Positions 47,538-57,929 of a stretch of 64,000 bases of DNA are shown piece after piece. The notes beneath the pieces are model-generated. The model was given only the letters and a program-made list of their open reading frames with translations, did no database searches and was not told the origin of the DNA. The translations under genes and the position numbers were made by a program. Numbering within the stretch: the stretch's first letter is position 1; each line of letters opens with the position of its first letter. The DNA is taken from contig JAKBBN010000004.1 in the NCBI GenBank assembly GCA_021808485.1, positions 5,523-69,522 on the forward strand, written 5' to 3'. This stretch comes from Planctomycetota bacterium (GTDB taxonomy: Bacteria; Planctomycetota; Phycisphaerae; WQYP01).

Positions 47538-50056
47538 TCCCCATCACGATGGCATCCGACAAAAAGGAAAATTGTGGCCAGGGCTCCGCCGGCGTCCATG
47601 CTCGCCCGAAGCATCATGACAACCCCTGTCGCCAGCATCGGTATGGCGCCGGGCCAGCTCTTGGCATACAGATCAAACACGCCCAGCACCACCAGCATGG
47701 TCACCACCACCAGGTAAATCCGCGGAAACACCGGCCATGTCCTCAGGCGCACCAGCTGCTTGCCCCCGCCATGTTCTTCGATGGCCAGCCGAAGTCGTAT
47801 GGAGCCGAAAACGCCGCTCCGCAATGAAAGGTCCCAACGGTCAAAATCACCGCCGCGCTGCACGCACAGGCCCTCGGATTTTAAACTGGCTTCCAGTTCC
47901 ATCAAGCGGTCGTCCGCACTCCGCCACTTCTCGGACCAAATCGCAAACTCACGCGGTATCGGAATGTCCAGGCCGCAGGGGAATCGCATACGCCACGGAT
48001 TCAGCCCGCGGGAAAGCCGGCCGGTCAGCCTTGCGACAGGCTGAATCAAATAACACCACATTGTCAGCAACCGCAGCTTGAACATTTCACCCCGGCTGCG
48101 CGGAATTTCACTGAACGGGCTGTACATCGCTCCGATGACCGCCTGGGTAAGGGTGGCGCCCGCCGCCGCCGCCAGCATCAACCCCAAAAATATCGGGTGC
48201 CAATAAAACCCCACCATGAACATAATGCTTAACGCCAACACCGCCAGATACCATTCGGGCATCATCGCCAGCGACATAAGAACGCCCGGATTACCGTGAT
48301 ATACGGATTGAAACAGGGCGCTTCCCCATGACCCATGATAAATCCGCCGCCGTCCCCAGTTCAGAAATTGCCAAATACCCCGACCGTAAAGTCGTCCCTG
48401 CCAGGCAATGTGGCCCATGGCATTGTATTTTTCAGGCCATTTACGCTCCAGCATGGCTTCGGCTTTTCCATAATTCAACTGCTGCCGCCAATACGCACGG
48501 ATGGAATTGCGCCGCTTGTGCCACACCACAGCCCCGGGGCTGAATCCCAGCTTTCCGCCCCGCGATTGCAGCCGCCAGCAGGCATCCACATCGTCGCCGG
48601 CGATTCGAAACGTCTCATCAAATCCGCCTGAGGCCCGCAGCGCCCGCACCAGAAACGCCATATTGCATCCCGGAATGTGCTCCGCCTCCGTATCGCTCAG
48701 CAGAACATGCAGCGGACCGCCGGGGGAATGAGCCACTGCGTCCGCAGCGGCGCCGTCGCCTGCCGGTGCTATGTTCGGCCCGCCGACACCCACATATTTT
48801 CCCGTCCGGAATGTCTCAACCAAAAAATGCAGCCAGTAGGGCTCCGGCGACGCATCGTCATCCAGATAGGCAATGATGTCGCCTTGTGCCGCGGCCAATC
48901 CTGTATTTCTCGCATGGCTTAGCCCGCGATTAACGGTCTGAATCAGCTTGAACGGATATTCCGCGGCAATCCGTGCAACTGAATTTTGCGACCCGTCATC
49001 CACGACAATGACTTCAAAATTCGGATACCGCAGCTTTTTTACGCCGTCCAGGCAGAACCGGATTGTCCGCGAGCCGTTATACGTGCAAATCGCCAAAGTG
49101 ATCCGCGGCCATTTCATTTCCGGACCGAACGGAATGTTCTGAAACGCCTCGGCCGTCACCGGTAGCGCCGGTTTAGGCTCGCGATCGCGCGTGGTCAGGC
49201 CGAATGCCCATCCATGAATCTCGTCTCCCCCGCGAAACCATTCATCCGTCCATGAAAATATAAATGCCCCCGCGCAGGCGCCGCGAAATATCACCCGAAT
49301 TTGCCATGCCAGCACGGCCGCCTGTTCGTGCTCGCCTTTGCTGATGGAATCAAGGCCGATCTCCGCCAGAAGCAGCGGCTTATCGCCGGCTATGTTGTGC
49401 AGCCGGCTGATATAGCGTGACAGCTTGTCACGCGATTCCAGGTACACGTTAAATCCCAGAAAATCCAGGAACGGCAGAAATAAATATTCCGTCGTCGGAT
49501 AATTCACGTACGTGACCAAAGTCGCCGGGTCTTCCTGCCGAACCGTCAGGTAAAGCTTCCGCAGAAACCGTTCCACCCGCCGATGTCCATACCACCGGAC
49601 GATGGTTGACGGAATCTCATTGCCGATTGCAAATCCCATCACCGCCGGATGGCCCGCACACGCCCGCACTCCCGATCTGACTTTTTCTATAATTCTCCGG
49701 CGCGTTTCCGGCATATCCAGAAATGCAAGATGTTCCTCCCACGGTAATCCAACCAGCACGTACAACTTGTACTGTTGCGCGATGTCCAGCAGCCATCGCG
49801 GTGGAACGGTATACAAGCGGACCGCATTAATCCCTCTGGATGACATCAGCGAAAAATCCCGCTGTACCTCCGTTGGAGTGTGATAGTCACTCCCATCTAC
49901 CTCCGGTCGAAACGGTCCATAGGTTACGCCGCGAACAAGAAACAGATCATCGCCACAATAAAAAAACTTGCCCTTCGTGCGAATTCTCGGCATTTTTTGG
50001 CGTTCTGATCCTACATCGGTATTCGACGCCGGAGAAATTTCGCAGACCTGTATCAT
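47513..50056 (-). CDS. fusion protein: N-terminal clan GH-A TIM-barrel glycoside-hydrolase-like domain + central GT2 glycosyltransferase + C-terminal polytopic membrane domain
   Basis: 847 aa. The hydrolase-like region has GVTYGPF...AIGNEIP (NEP-type motif). The GT2 core is ITLAICTYNGSRTI...VIVVDDGS...YLDDDA...WRQQ. The last ~250 aa hold several TM helices. Confidence 0.6.
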   Translation of the reverse strand: MIQVCEISPASNTDVGSERQKMPRIRTKGKFFYCGDDLFLVRGVTYGPFRPEVDGSDYHTPTEVQRDFSLMSSRGINAVRLYTVPPRWLLDIAQQYKLYVLVGLPWEEHLAFLDMPETRRRIIEKVRSGVRACAGHPAVMGFAIGNEIPSTIVRWYGHRRVERFLRKLYLTVRQEDPATLVTYVNYPTTEYLFLPFLDFLGFNVYLESRDKLSRYISRLHNIAGDKPLLLAEIGLDSISKGEHEQAAVLAWQIRVIFRGACAGAFIFSWTDEWFRGGDEIHGWAFGLTTRDREPKPALPVTAEAFQNIPFGPEMKWPRITLAICTYNGSRTIRFCLDGVKKLRYPNFEVIVVDDGSQNSVARIAAEYPFKLIQTVNRGLSHARNTGLAAAQGDIIAYLDDDASPEPYWLHFLVETFRTGKYVGVGGPNIAPAGDGAAADAVAHSPGGPLHVLLSDTEAEHIPGCNMAFLVRALRASGGFDETFRIAGDDVDACWRLQSRGGKLGFSPGAVVWHKRRNSIRAYWRQQLNYGKAEAMLERKWPEKYNAMGHIAWQGRLYGRGIWQFLNWGRRRIYHGSWGSALFQSVYHGNPGVLMSLAMMPEWYLAVLALSIMFMVGFYWHPIFLGLMLAAAAGATLTQAVIGAMYSPFSEIPRSRGEMFKLRLLTMWCYLIQPVARLTGRLSRGLNPWRMRFPCGLDIPIPREFAIWSEKWRSADDRLMELEASLKSEGLCVQRGGDFDRWDLSLRSGVFGSIRLRLAIEEHGGGKQLVRLRTWPVFPRIYLVVVTMLVVLGVFDLYAKSWPGAIPMLATGVVMMLRASMDAGGALATIFLFVGCHRDGECEVRSNR

Positions 50057-50158
50057 TTCATTGCTCTCAAAGTCCGTACGATGGCCGGAAAAGAATTGCC
50101 ATTAACCCGTCCGGTGGCAGGCCGTTTAAGTTCTGATTATCGCGCCGACATCGTGTTT

Positions 50159-50986
50159 TCAACCCAATTGCGGTCTGGTGGATTTCGTCGGCGGATTTAG
50201 CAGATCCCCACCGATCTGCCAGACTGCCGTTAGAATGCAGATGGCATACAGACACCAGTAAAGCCATCCGGGTAAGACCGTATTGATACATAAGCCACCC
50301 AACAGGGAAATCAGCCAACCCGCAACGTTCCATTCTACTACACACAGTGCCAGCGGGAAAATGGCCATCGTTCCTATGGCTCCCGGCGAACATAAAGCTG
50401 CAATTACCGCAATATTTCCCCACAGCCTTGAGTGCGGTTTTCCGGATAGCAAATAATTAATCGAAAAAACCGTAAGAGCTGCCAGCAGAAAGCCCAGTGT
50501 CCAGGCATGTCCCTGAACAATCCGCCCCAGAATAAGCGGGTGGAACAAATAAAGGCAAAGCCACCACGGACTTGCGGATCGCTGGTGCAACAGTACGGCG
50601 ATAACCACCGCGCAGGTCATGCTTAAAATGCCCGCAATGATGTCGGCCGGCGCCGGATGCGCCATCACCGCTGCCAAACCGCATGCGGCGCCGGCGATTA
50701 AAAGCAGCGCCAGGCTCGCCGCAGCCTTCATGCGAATCGCATCGCCCGGCGTTGAAAGCAAAAGCCACGCTATGAGCGTCAAGCCGCAAAACAACCCCGG
50801 TGTCATAAATAGACCGATTCCCTGATTGCCCATCTTAATGGTGGCTGCAGCCATCAAGATGACGGCTGGAACCAGAATCATCCAAAGCACCAGCCGCAAA
50901 ATGGGTCTCGCACGGGGTCCGTCAGTTGGTGGACCGATGGTTGTCAAGGTTTCTCCGCAAACGCCAATTTCACTTCGTAAGACCAA
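50159..50986 (-). CDS. hypothetical polytopic membrane protein
   Basis: 275 aa, about 8 hydrophobic helices. Confidence 0.4.
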   Translation of the reverse strand: MVLRSEIGVCGETLTTIGPPTDGPRARPILRLVLWMILVPAVILMAAATIKMGNQGIGLFMTPGLFCGLTLIAWLLLSTPGDAIRMKAAASLALLLIAGAACGLAAVMAHPAPADIIAGILSMTCAVVIAVLLHQRSASPWWLCLYLFHPLILGRIVQGHAWTLGFLLAALTVFSINYLLSGKPHSRLWGNIAVIAALCSPGAIGTMAIFPLALCVVEWNVAGWLISLLGGLCINTVLPGWLYWCLYAICILTAVWQIGGDLLNPPTKSTRPQLG

Positions 50987-51109
50987 TTCGTACGTCCGGC
51001 CGGATATTACCGGATTGCTGCGTCAACAGGCGGTAAACGGTTTGGAAATGCGAAGCTCGGCGGCTGCAAGGTTGCATTTTTTAATTGCTGAAATTGCGCA
51101 CGGCGCCTT

Positions 51110-51769
51110 TCAACCTTGTGCGACAGCCGCATTGCCCGAGTGGTTCGGCGTGCCGTGTCCGCCGTGCGAACCGTGCGCTGCATGTGAGTTATGCGATCCA
51201 TGGGCCTTGGGCGCCAGGATCAAAATCATCCGCTTTCCTTCCAGTTTCGGTTCACGCTCCACTTTGGATACCGCATCCAGTTGCGTCTTAAAATGGTCCA
51301 GTATCTGCCGGCCCAGTGAAACGTGCGCCATCTCCCTGCCGCGGAACATCAGGTTGAACTGAACTTTATGGCCGGCGTCAAGAAATTTGCGTGCCTTGTT
51401 TAGCGTTGTTGTCTGATCATGTACATCAATTTTTACGCTCTTGATCCGCAATTCCTTAAGCTGCTGGACATGCGAACCGGAGTGGGATTTCTGTTCCTTC
51501 TTGCGCTGTTTGTATTTCCATTTGCCGTAATCCATGATCCGGCATACGGGCGGACGCTCCATCGGCGACACTTCCACCAGGTCCAGTCCAGCCTCGCGCG
51601 AAAGACGCAGCGCTTCCATGATGGGCACTACACCCACTTGCTCGTTGACTTCGTTAATTAACCGAACCGGAGAAATGCGAATCTGTTCGTTGCAACGTAA
51701 ACCGTGCTGGCTAATGGTAAGCGCTCCAATAAATCTTCCGGTTTCAGGCCGCGCGACCTGAAATGTCAC
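51110..51769 (-). CDS. infC: translation initiation factor IF-3 (non-ATG start; His/Gly-rich C-terminal tail)
   Basis: EQIRISPVRLINEVNEQVGVVPIMEALRLSREAGLDLVEVSPMERPPVCRIMDYGKW and LMFRGREMAHV align to E. coli IF3. The frame opens at GTG 51769. In-frame ATT codons at 51730 and 51715 are alternatives, given that infC classically starts at AUU. Confidence 0.8.
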   Translation of the reverse strand: MTFQVARPETGRFIGALTISQHGLRCNEQIRISPVRLINEVNEQVGVVPIMEALRLSREAGLDLVEVSPMERPPVCRIMDYGKWKYKQRKKEQKSHSGSHVQQLKELRIKSVKIDVHDQTTTLNKARKFLDAGHKVQFNLMFRGREMAHVSLGRQILDHFKTQLDAVSKVEREPKLEGKRMILILAPKAHGSHNSHAAHGSHGGHGTPNHSGNAAVAQG

Positions 51770-51904
51770 CGGATATAATGCTTACTTTTAACGCCAGTGG
51801 ACGCGATAGTCAAAAGAAAATGCAGTTTGACAAAAGATTTACGCCTCTGTTGAGTTCGCCCTCATCAATACCAGGAACCATCCAGGGGGTTCGCCGTGCT
51901 GCAG

Positions 51905-51970
51905 CGGCCCTGATCGTCTTATTTTTAATAATATGTAAGTGATTATAAATAAACGTTTTATATTCATTCT
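51905..51970. promoter_or_regulatory. AT-rich island in the divergent infC / BI-1 intergenic region (candidate promoters)
   Basis: ttatttttaataatatgtaagtgattataaataaacgttttatattcattc stands out against ~60% GC. It contains TATAAAT-like hexamers. Confidence 0.25.
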
Positions 51971-52174
51971 CCTGCCCCATGTTTCACCCTGTTTTTGCGA
52001 CTTGGCCCCAGGCCGCTAGAATATTGACGAAACATTCTCGCCCACGCCGGCGTATTAAAATGAAATGTTTTGTGCCGCGGAGCTACGGTTCGGCGGCAGG
52101 TTTGATTGATTTCGGCGGCCCACGGACATAACGCCATTGGCTTTGTCCCGCCGCCGCACAGGAGTTTGAAGCTT

Positions 52175-52900
52175 ATGAGTCAGTTTTTTAACTCATCCCC
52201 CAGCGGTTTTGACGACACGCTGGTCCCCCAGAGTCGTAACGATGCCCGGGAACAAAGCCGCTTTATCACCGGCGTATTCGGCTGGATGACTGTCGGCCTT
52301 TGCATCACCGGAGCTGTTGCGCTGCTCCTGGCCCAGCAGCCAAAATTGGCCATGCGGGTTCTACATGCCTCGCTGCTTATCTATATCGTGCAGTTCGGGC
52401 TTTTAATTGGAATATCCGCAGGCATTAACCGCCTGAGCGCCGGCGTTGTAACATTACTGTTTGCGGCATTTAGCGCCGCGATGGGGCTCACATTGTCCTG
52501 CATTTTTCTGCTTTACACCCGCGGCTCCATCGAAAGCACTTTTTTCATATGTGCGGCTACTTTCGGCGGCATGGCATTCTACGGCCTTGTTACCAAGCGG
52601 GACCTTACCAGTATCGGTCATATCGCGATGATGGCGATCTGGGGGTTAATGATCGCGATGATCGTCAGTCTCTTTCTGCACATTTCCGGGCTTAACCTGC
52701 TTATTAATGTTGCGGGGGTGCTGATCTTCGTGGCCCTGACGGCTTTTGATACCCAGCGGATTAAATACATGTACCTTGCCGGCGCCCCCGGCTCGCAGGA
52801 AAACCACAAGGATGCTATTTATGGCGCGCTCCGCCTGTATCTGGATTTCATCAACCTGTTTGTATTCCTTCTCCAATTTTTCGGCCGGCAGCGTGATTGA
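52175..52900 (+). CDS. Bax inhibitor-1/YccA family membrane protein
   Basis: Start MSQFFNS with AGGAG RBS. Seven TM helices. The C-terminal LYLDFINLFVFLL is typical of the family. Confidence 0.7.
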   Translation: MSQFFNSSPSGFDDTLVPQSRNDAREQSRFITGVFGWMTVGLCITGAVALLLAQQPKLAMRVLHASLLIYIVQFGLLIGISAGINRLSAGVVTLLFAAFSAAMGLTLSCIFLLYTRGSIESTFFICAATFGGMAFYGLVTKRDLTSIGHIAMMAIWGLMIAMIVSLFLHISGLNLLINVAGVLIFVALTAFDTQRIKYMYLAGAPGSQENHKDAIYGALRLYLDFINLFVFLLQFFGRQRD

Positions 52901-52988
52901 TCGCCGGCCTGCCGCCTCGGCAATGGGACGACTGCGGCGATTTTCCCGCAGCGCAGGTCATGGCATATATTTCAGGATCAGGTGAACA

Positions 52989-53864
52989 ATGGCCAGTCCG
53001 CTGCATCCTTTCGGCGATTATGGCACCGCCCTGCAGAATCTGCGGGGGGCCCGCAATTCGCTTGGTTATCTCCTGTTTTTCTGTGTGCTGCTGCAGATTG
53101 TCGGCTTTTTTCTCATGCGGTTCACCACCCAGCCCTATGACGGCGGCAAGGTGGTCGCAATCGCATCAATCGTTTCCAGCCATCCGTCCGCCGCGATCGG
53201 ACTGTCTCCCGGAGCCCCTCTGGAACTGCCCGGCAACGCAGCCGGCGATGGGTCTGTTGAAAATTTTTCCGGCGCCAACTGGCTTGGACAATCGGCAGGG
53301 GGGCGAAAGCTGAATTTGCGCCCGCAATGGGCCACCACCTATTACATGCTTGCTCCCGTCACCCAGCTTTTGGGATTGCTTGCCGCCGCGTCGCAGGCCA
53401 TCATCATTTTCGTCTGTTTGCTCGTGGTTTTGGTGGCGCAGGCGCCCGGTGTGGCCCACTTGAGTCGCAGCCTTATCTGGTCGGTTATACTGATCTTTCT
53501 GGTTCTTCCATGGCAATATGTTCTGCCGCAATTCCCCATACCGGGCATTTTGTACGGCTGGCATGAATTGCATGCCACGCTCACGCTTTCCTTTTTACCG
53601 CCGCCCGGCCATGGCATCTCCTTTGCCCGCCGCGCATTGATAGTGGCCCGCTATGTGCTATGGCCTATGGCGGGCCTGCTGGTCATGCTGGTCACTGCGG
53701 AACGGTTTCGCGCCGGCACGCGCCTGGCCATCGGTCATCCGCTGCAGAGCATGTTGCTGGGCGCAACGGCGGGAAATGTCGGCACGCCGGTCGGTAGCGC
53801 ACGCACCGCCTACCCCGGTATTCCCTCCAGCGGCCCCGTGATCCGGCCCGGCGTGAAAATTTAA
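52989..53864 (+). CDS. hypothetical polytopic membrane protein
   Basis: 291 aa, multiple TM helices, no recognisable motif. Confidence 0.35.
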   Translation: MASPLHPFGDYGTALQNLRGARNSLGYLLFFCVLLQIVGFFLMRFTTQPYDGGKVVAIASIVSSHPSAAIGLSPGAPLELPGNAAGDGSVENFSGANWLGQSAGGRKLNLRPQWATTYYMLAPVTQLLGLLAAASQAIIIFVCLLVVLVAQAPGVAHLSRSLIWSVILIFLVLPWQYVLPQFPIPGILYGWHELHATLTLSFLPPPGHGISFARRALIVARYVLWPMAGLLVMLVTAERFRAGTRLAIGHPLQSMLLGATAGNVGTPVGSARTAYPGIPSSGPVIRPGVKI

Positions 53865-53873
53865 GTCAGGCGG

Positions 53874-55307
53874 TTACACTTGGTCGCCGGCTTTCACCGC
53901 GTTCTTTCGCCTGTGCTTCACATAATACCACCATTCAAGAATAATAAGCCCGAAAACAGGCAGGTGTTGCAGCCACACAATGCCGGCAGGATCATTGTGC
54001 AATTCGTAGAATGGCAATGTCACCGTGTAGGCGAGAATACTGTAGAGCGGGGCGGTTGCCAGAAGCGGCAATGCCCAAGTATAGTACCAAGGAAATTCGG
54101 TAGGACTCAAAATAAATACCGTCGCAATGCAAATCGCCATTTTTCGCGTTAGATCGGAGCGGTGGATCGGTCGGCGAATCAGCCAGCCCAGCAGGAAGAT
54201 AAACAACGCTCCGGTTGTTATTCTGGCCCACAGCCCGGCCGGCAGGCCATGCCACGGGTGCCACCCGCATACCGCCCGCCAGAACCATTGCTCCACACGA
54301 AAGAACCCGTCGTTGTCATGCCAATAGCGGCCGTAGGCCAGCAGCGAGTCCGCCCCCATGGCCCGCGACAACAGCATCGGGGCAAGCGCCAGAGCCAGCA
54401 CTCCGGCAAATGCAATGCCCGCCTTCAGTCTTGACCATGGCCTGCCTTCGCCGCATCGCATGAGCAGCGGCAACAATACCAGCGGCCAGAATTTGGCGGC
54501 TGCCGCCAATGCCAATGAAATGCCGCCTTTTACCAGACTTCCGCGCACCGCCAGCAGCACCGCCAGAATGATGAACGGAAATGCCAGCAGATCCATATGT
54601 GCCTGGTTAAAAAAAGAATTAACCACAATCGGATTCAGCCAGTACACCATAATCAGATTGATCGACGACTTAAGCTCGACCAGCAAAGCCGTCAACAGCA
54701 CCAGGGTGATACAATCCGCCCCAAGGTAAAAGAACTTCAGCGAACCGCTGCTCATCGGCATGGTCCATGCGGACAGCGCAAACACAGCCTCGGCGGCCGG
54801 CGGATAAATGGTCGGAAACTTCGAATGATTGATCCGTCGCATAACCGCCGGATATTTATTGGCAAGCCGGCCAGCTTTCCGTAAAGCCGCACCGGCCACG
54901 GTGTGGCCGCGTCTGAGGGCTTCGCCCGCCCGGATCGCCGCCCGCGGCGCAATTGTCCACGGGTTTTCACCGTGGCAGATCATCAAGCCATCCCACAAAT
55001 ATCGGTTATAATCCGTGGCAAGCACCGGCGGAGCAGGGATGAGAATAATCCGGCACAGCAATCCGCAGATCACGATGAACCAGTAAACGCCGCGTCCGGT
55101 CACTTTTCGTGCCTGCAGCCATCCGGCCATCCACAATATTCCCAGCAGCACCTGCGCGACGATAAACGCGATCAGCGGCCCGCGATTGTGCGGCAGCAAC
55201 CGGCCAAGACCGCGTGCTTCAATCGCAAGATATAAACACGACCCCACCATGCAGATACCGCACGCGATGACTGCAATAATCCCTGATCGCTCCGTTGCGG
55301 CGGTCAT
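53874..55307 (-). CDS. GT-C-fold membrane glycosyltransferase-like protein (DUF2029 / GT87-mannosyltransferase-like)
   Basis: 477 aa with more than 10 TM helices and aromatic-rich loops. Last gene of a five-gene minus-strand operon. Confidence 0.45.
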   Translation of the reverse strand: MTAATERSGIIAVIACGICMVGSCLYLAIEARGLGRLLPHNRGPLIAFIVAQVLLGILWMAGWLQARKVTGRGVYWFIVICGLLCRIILIPAPPVLATDYNRYLWDGLMICHGENPWTIAPRAAIRAGEALRRGHTVAGAALRKAGRLANKYPAVMRRINHSKFPTIYPPAAEAVFALSAWTMPMSSGSLKFFYLGADCITLVLLTALLVELKSSINLIMVYWLNPIVVNSFFNQAHMDLLAFPFIILAVLLAVRGSLVKGGISLALAAAAKFWPLVLLPLLMRCGEGRPWSRLKAGIAFAGVLALALAPMLLSRAMGADSLLAYGRYWHDNDGFFRVEQWFWRAVCGWHPWHGLPAGLWARITTGALFIFLLGWLIRRPIHRSDLTRKMAICIATVFILSPTEFPWYYTWALPLLATAPLYSILAYTVTLPFYELHNDPAGIVWLQHLPVFGLIILEWWYYVKHRRKNAVKAGDQV

Positions 55308-55391
55308 ACCGGAGTCTGCGCCGGCAGGTTCTGTGCCGCGGTGCGGTTCCAGGTGAATCCCCTTGATCGTGCCACGGATGGTGAATGCCGG

Positions 55392-56153
55392 CTATTGGCC
55401 CGCCGGAACATGGAGCGAGCGATCCGCACTGGCTTCCTTCGCCAGCCGCTTGACCAGATCGGATTCTCCCGGTTGTTCCGTAAATTCCAGGCCTCCGTCA
55501 TTCTTAACATATACGACGTAAAGCTTCCCCGGCCGCACCGGACGATAGTGCGCCTCCCCCTGAACAACGGAAAGACCCAATTTTTTCCCCAGATGCGGGT
55601 GTTTCAAAAGCGGCCATATATGACGCCACAAACTCGCCAGAAAACGGTTGGGCCGACCGTAACGGTGCTCCAAAACACGGGGAATACCATGTTTGCTCAG
55701 CAAAGATACCCCGGCATCCGGCGCTTCGCGGCTGGAAAATATGCGACGGAAAAACGCTATTGATTTTCCCCGCAGCAAATCGCCTTTTTCCACATATTTG
55801 TTGTCGAATTGCAGCACCAGGGCGTCAATGTACGGCGTGTCCCCGGGAATGGTGAATTTTTCCAGCGGCATCGGAATCTGCCGCCCGTGGGGACCTACTG
55901 TAAATTCCTGCCATAGCAATGTCGTCTGCCGCACTTTGTTGTTCGGTCCCCGGATCTGGCCGTCCACAATCAATTCCGCGCGGCGCGTCCGCCCGGTCAA
56001 CCGACTGATAATTTCCCGTAATTCCGTCCGTTGCCGCTTCAGCCGCAGAATTTCATCGCGTCTGGCCAGATAATGCTGCGTGATATTAATCGCCAGTGAT
56101 CCCACTGTCGCCAGAATGACCACTGCAATAACCATTTTGAAGGACCGCTGCAT
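55392..56153 (-). CDS. hypothetical signal-anchored protein
   Basis: 253 aa, N-terminal TM anchor MVIAVVILATVGSLA. Confidence 0.35.
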   Translation of the reverse strand: MQRSFKMVIAVVILATVGSLAINITQHYLARRDEILRLKRQRTELREIISRLTGRTRRAELIVDGQIRGPNNKVRQTTLLWQEFTVGPHGRQIPMPLEKFTIPGDTPYIDALVLQFDNKYVEKGDLLRGKSIAFFRRIFSSREAPDAGVSLLSKHGIPRVLEHRYGRPNRFLASLWRHIWPLLKHPHLGKKLGLSVVQGEAHYRPVRPGKLYVVYVKNDGGLEFTEQPGESDLVKRLAKEASADRSLHVPAGQ

Positions 56154-56241
56154 GAAGACATCCTCAATTGATGCGCTGCCGAATTTTATCGCAGCCGGTA
56201 GCCTGCCGGTGGATTGCTATATAAACTCCATCCGCCGGCTT

Positions 56242-57912
56242 CTATTGCCGCAGGCCGGCCAGTTCACGGCCCCAGCGATTTTTCATCGCCCGGTCTGTTG
56301 TCGGTGTCCATGTGCTGCCGTCGCTGTGCAACACCTTCAACAGTCGTCCGCGGCCGGTCACCCAAAGTTGGCTTACCCCTGGATCAAGCTGGTCCGAAAG
56401 GTGATACGCCCGTACGGGCTTGCCGTTAATTTGAATCGTCTGCCGCCCCAGAACCCGCAGAATCCGCAGCCCCAGCCGGTTTGTCGATGAATCAAATACG
56501 ACAAACGCCATTGCCGATTTCCTGCGCAAATCCACCATTCGGGGCCAAAGATACTGCAGGGCCGACGGCAGCAATCCCGGCATTTGCGGACCAATGACAA
56601 ATCGCAGCGGCCGATTGCGGGCGCCGGCTATCAGGCGGTCATCTCTTCGATCCACATGAATGCGGCATTGATACCGGTAAGCCCCGGTCGTTTTGCCCGC
56701 CTTGTTATAAACAGGAAAAAATCCCGCCTGCTGCGTCCCAAGCTGCTGGGTCCAATGCGTGAAGAAATCCGGGTATGGAAGGTGAATATGCTCAAGAACC
56801 GATTTTCCCGTCAGCGGATTGATGATCCGCCGTTGCTGCCGCATCGCCACAATCTGCGGATTGTTGATCGGGACCATCCGCTGCACCGCGGAAGTCCACG
56901 TGCTGTACTGGATTGTCGTTTGTGCCTTGCCCGGTTGTTTGCGCATCGCCCAGAATCGTACGGACTTGGTCATCAGGATCGCGCCCTGGGGTAAAAATTC
57001 CCGGCCGTTGATATTGCAGTAAACGCCCCAGAAACCATCCCGTTTACCCACGTAGGCGTGCAGGCGCACAAATCCGATATCATTGTGATTCACCCGGATT
57101 CTGAACAATTCCGGTCGGATTTGGGCATGGATATTTAAATGCGGGGCATCCGCCGGTGCCTTGGCCGCCGGCGTTCCCGGTATGCTGATGCCGAATCGGC
57201 CGACCAGAGCTGTCACGCCGGTTTTTTTCAGCCATGCCTTTCCCGCCTTTACCGCGGCAAGTCTTTCACGGGTGATTTCAGCCATGTTCAGAATACGAAA
57301 TGATCCGGTCAGCGATTGGAACAGCCGGCTCGCGGCCGGCAGGTCGCCCGCGGGTGAAAAGAAAGTCAGCACGTAATATTCTGTCGGATTTATTTCAACC
57401 AGCATTTCCTGCCGCAGCAGTTGCAGCGGCGCATGGTTGGAAATGGCGGTAAACAGCATCGAAATTTCCGCCGCCCGGTGGTGCGATACCGTCAATGATT
57501 TTTTCGCAATGACATGTACATGCGTAAAGTCCTTGTGGGCCTGCGCAAGAATCTCCGCCACCAGCACGCGGCATGATGTCGGTTTGGCCAGATAACTCCG
57601 ATGCAGAGTGATGCCCCAGCGGCGTTTCTGATTCACAAAATTAACCAGTTGATTGCCGTGACGTTGCAGCGCCATGCACGCCGCCGGACGCCGGATTTCA
57701 AATCCGGCGGCTTCGTCCCGCCATACCGCCCCCAATCCGCCGGCCGCTTCGTAGCCATCCGCGGCGGCGTTGAGCGGTTGGACGCCCACTGTCAGGCCCG
57801 CGACAATCATGGCCATGATGAAACCCGTCGCGACATACTTGAGTGCCCGTCGGCCAGATTCGGCAGGAGACGTGTTGCCCGTCCGAAAAGTGGGGAATAA
57901 TACTGTCAACAT
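56242..57912 (-). CDS. hypothetical secreted/membrane-anchored protein
   Basis: 556 aa. N-terminal hydrophobic segment FIMAMIVAGLTVGVQPLNAAA. No recognisable domain. Confidence 0.35.
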   Translation of the reverse strand: MLTVLFPTFRTGNTSPAESGRRALKYVATGFIMAMIVAGLTVGVQPLNAAADGYEAAGGLGAVWRDEAAGFEIRRPAACMALQRHGNQLVNFVNQKRRWGITLHRSYLAKPTSCRVLVAEILAQAHKDFTHVHVIAKKSLTVSHHRAAEISMLFTAISNHAPLQLLRQEMLVEINPTEYYVLTFFSPAGDLPAASRLFQSLTGSFRILNMAEITRERLAAVKAGKAWLKKTGVTALVGRFGISIPGTPAAKAPADAPHLNIHAQIRPELFRIRVNHNDIGFVRLHAYVGKRDGFWGVYCNINGREFLPQGAILMTKSVRFWAMRKQPGKAQTTIQYSTWTSAVQRMVPINNPQIVAMRQQRRIINPLTGKSVLEHIHLPYPDFFTHWTQQLGTQQAGFFPVYNKAGKTTGAYRYQCRIHVDRRDDRLIAGARNRPLRFVIGPQMPGLLPSALQYLWPRMVDLRRKSAMAFVVFDSSTNRLGLRILRVLGRQTIQINGKPVRAYHLSDQLDPGVSQLWVTGRGRLLKVLHSDGSTWTPTTDRAMKNRWGRELAGLRQ

Positions 57913-57929
57913 TTCGCTCCGCTGCAGGG

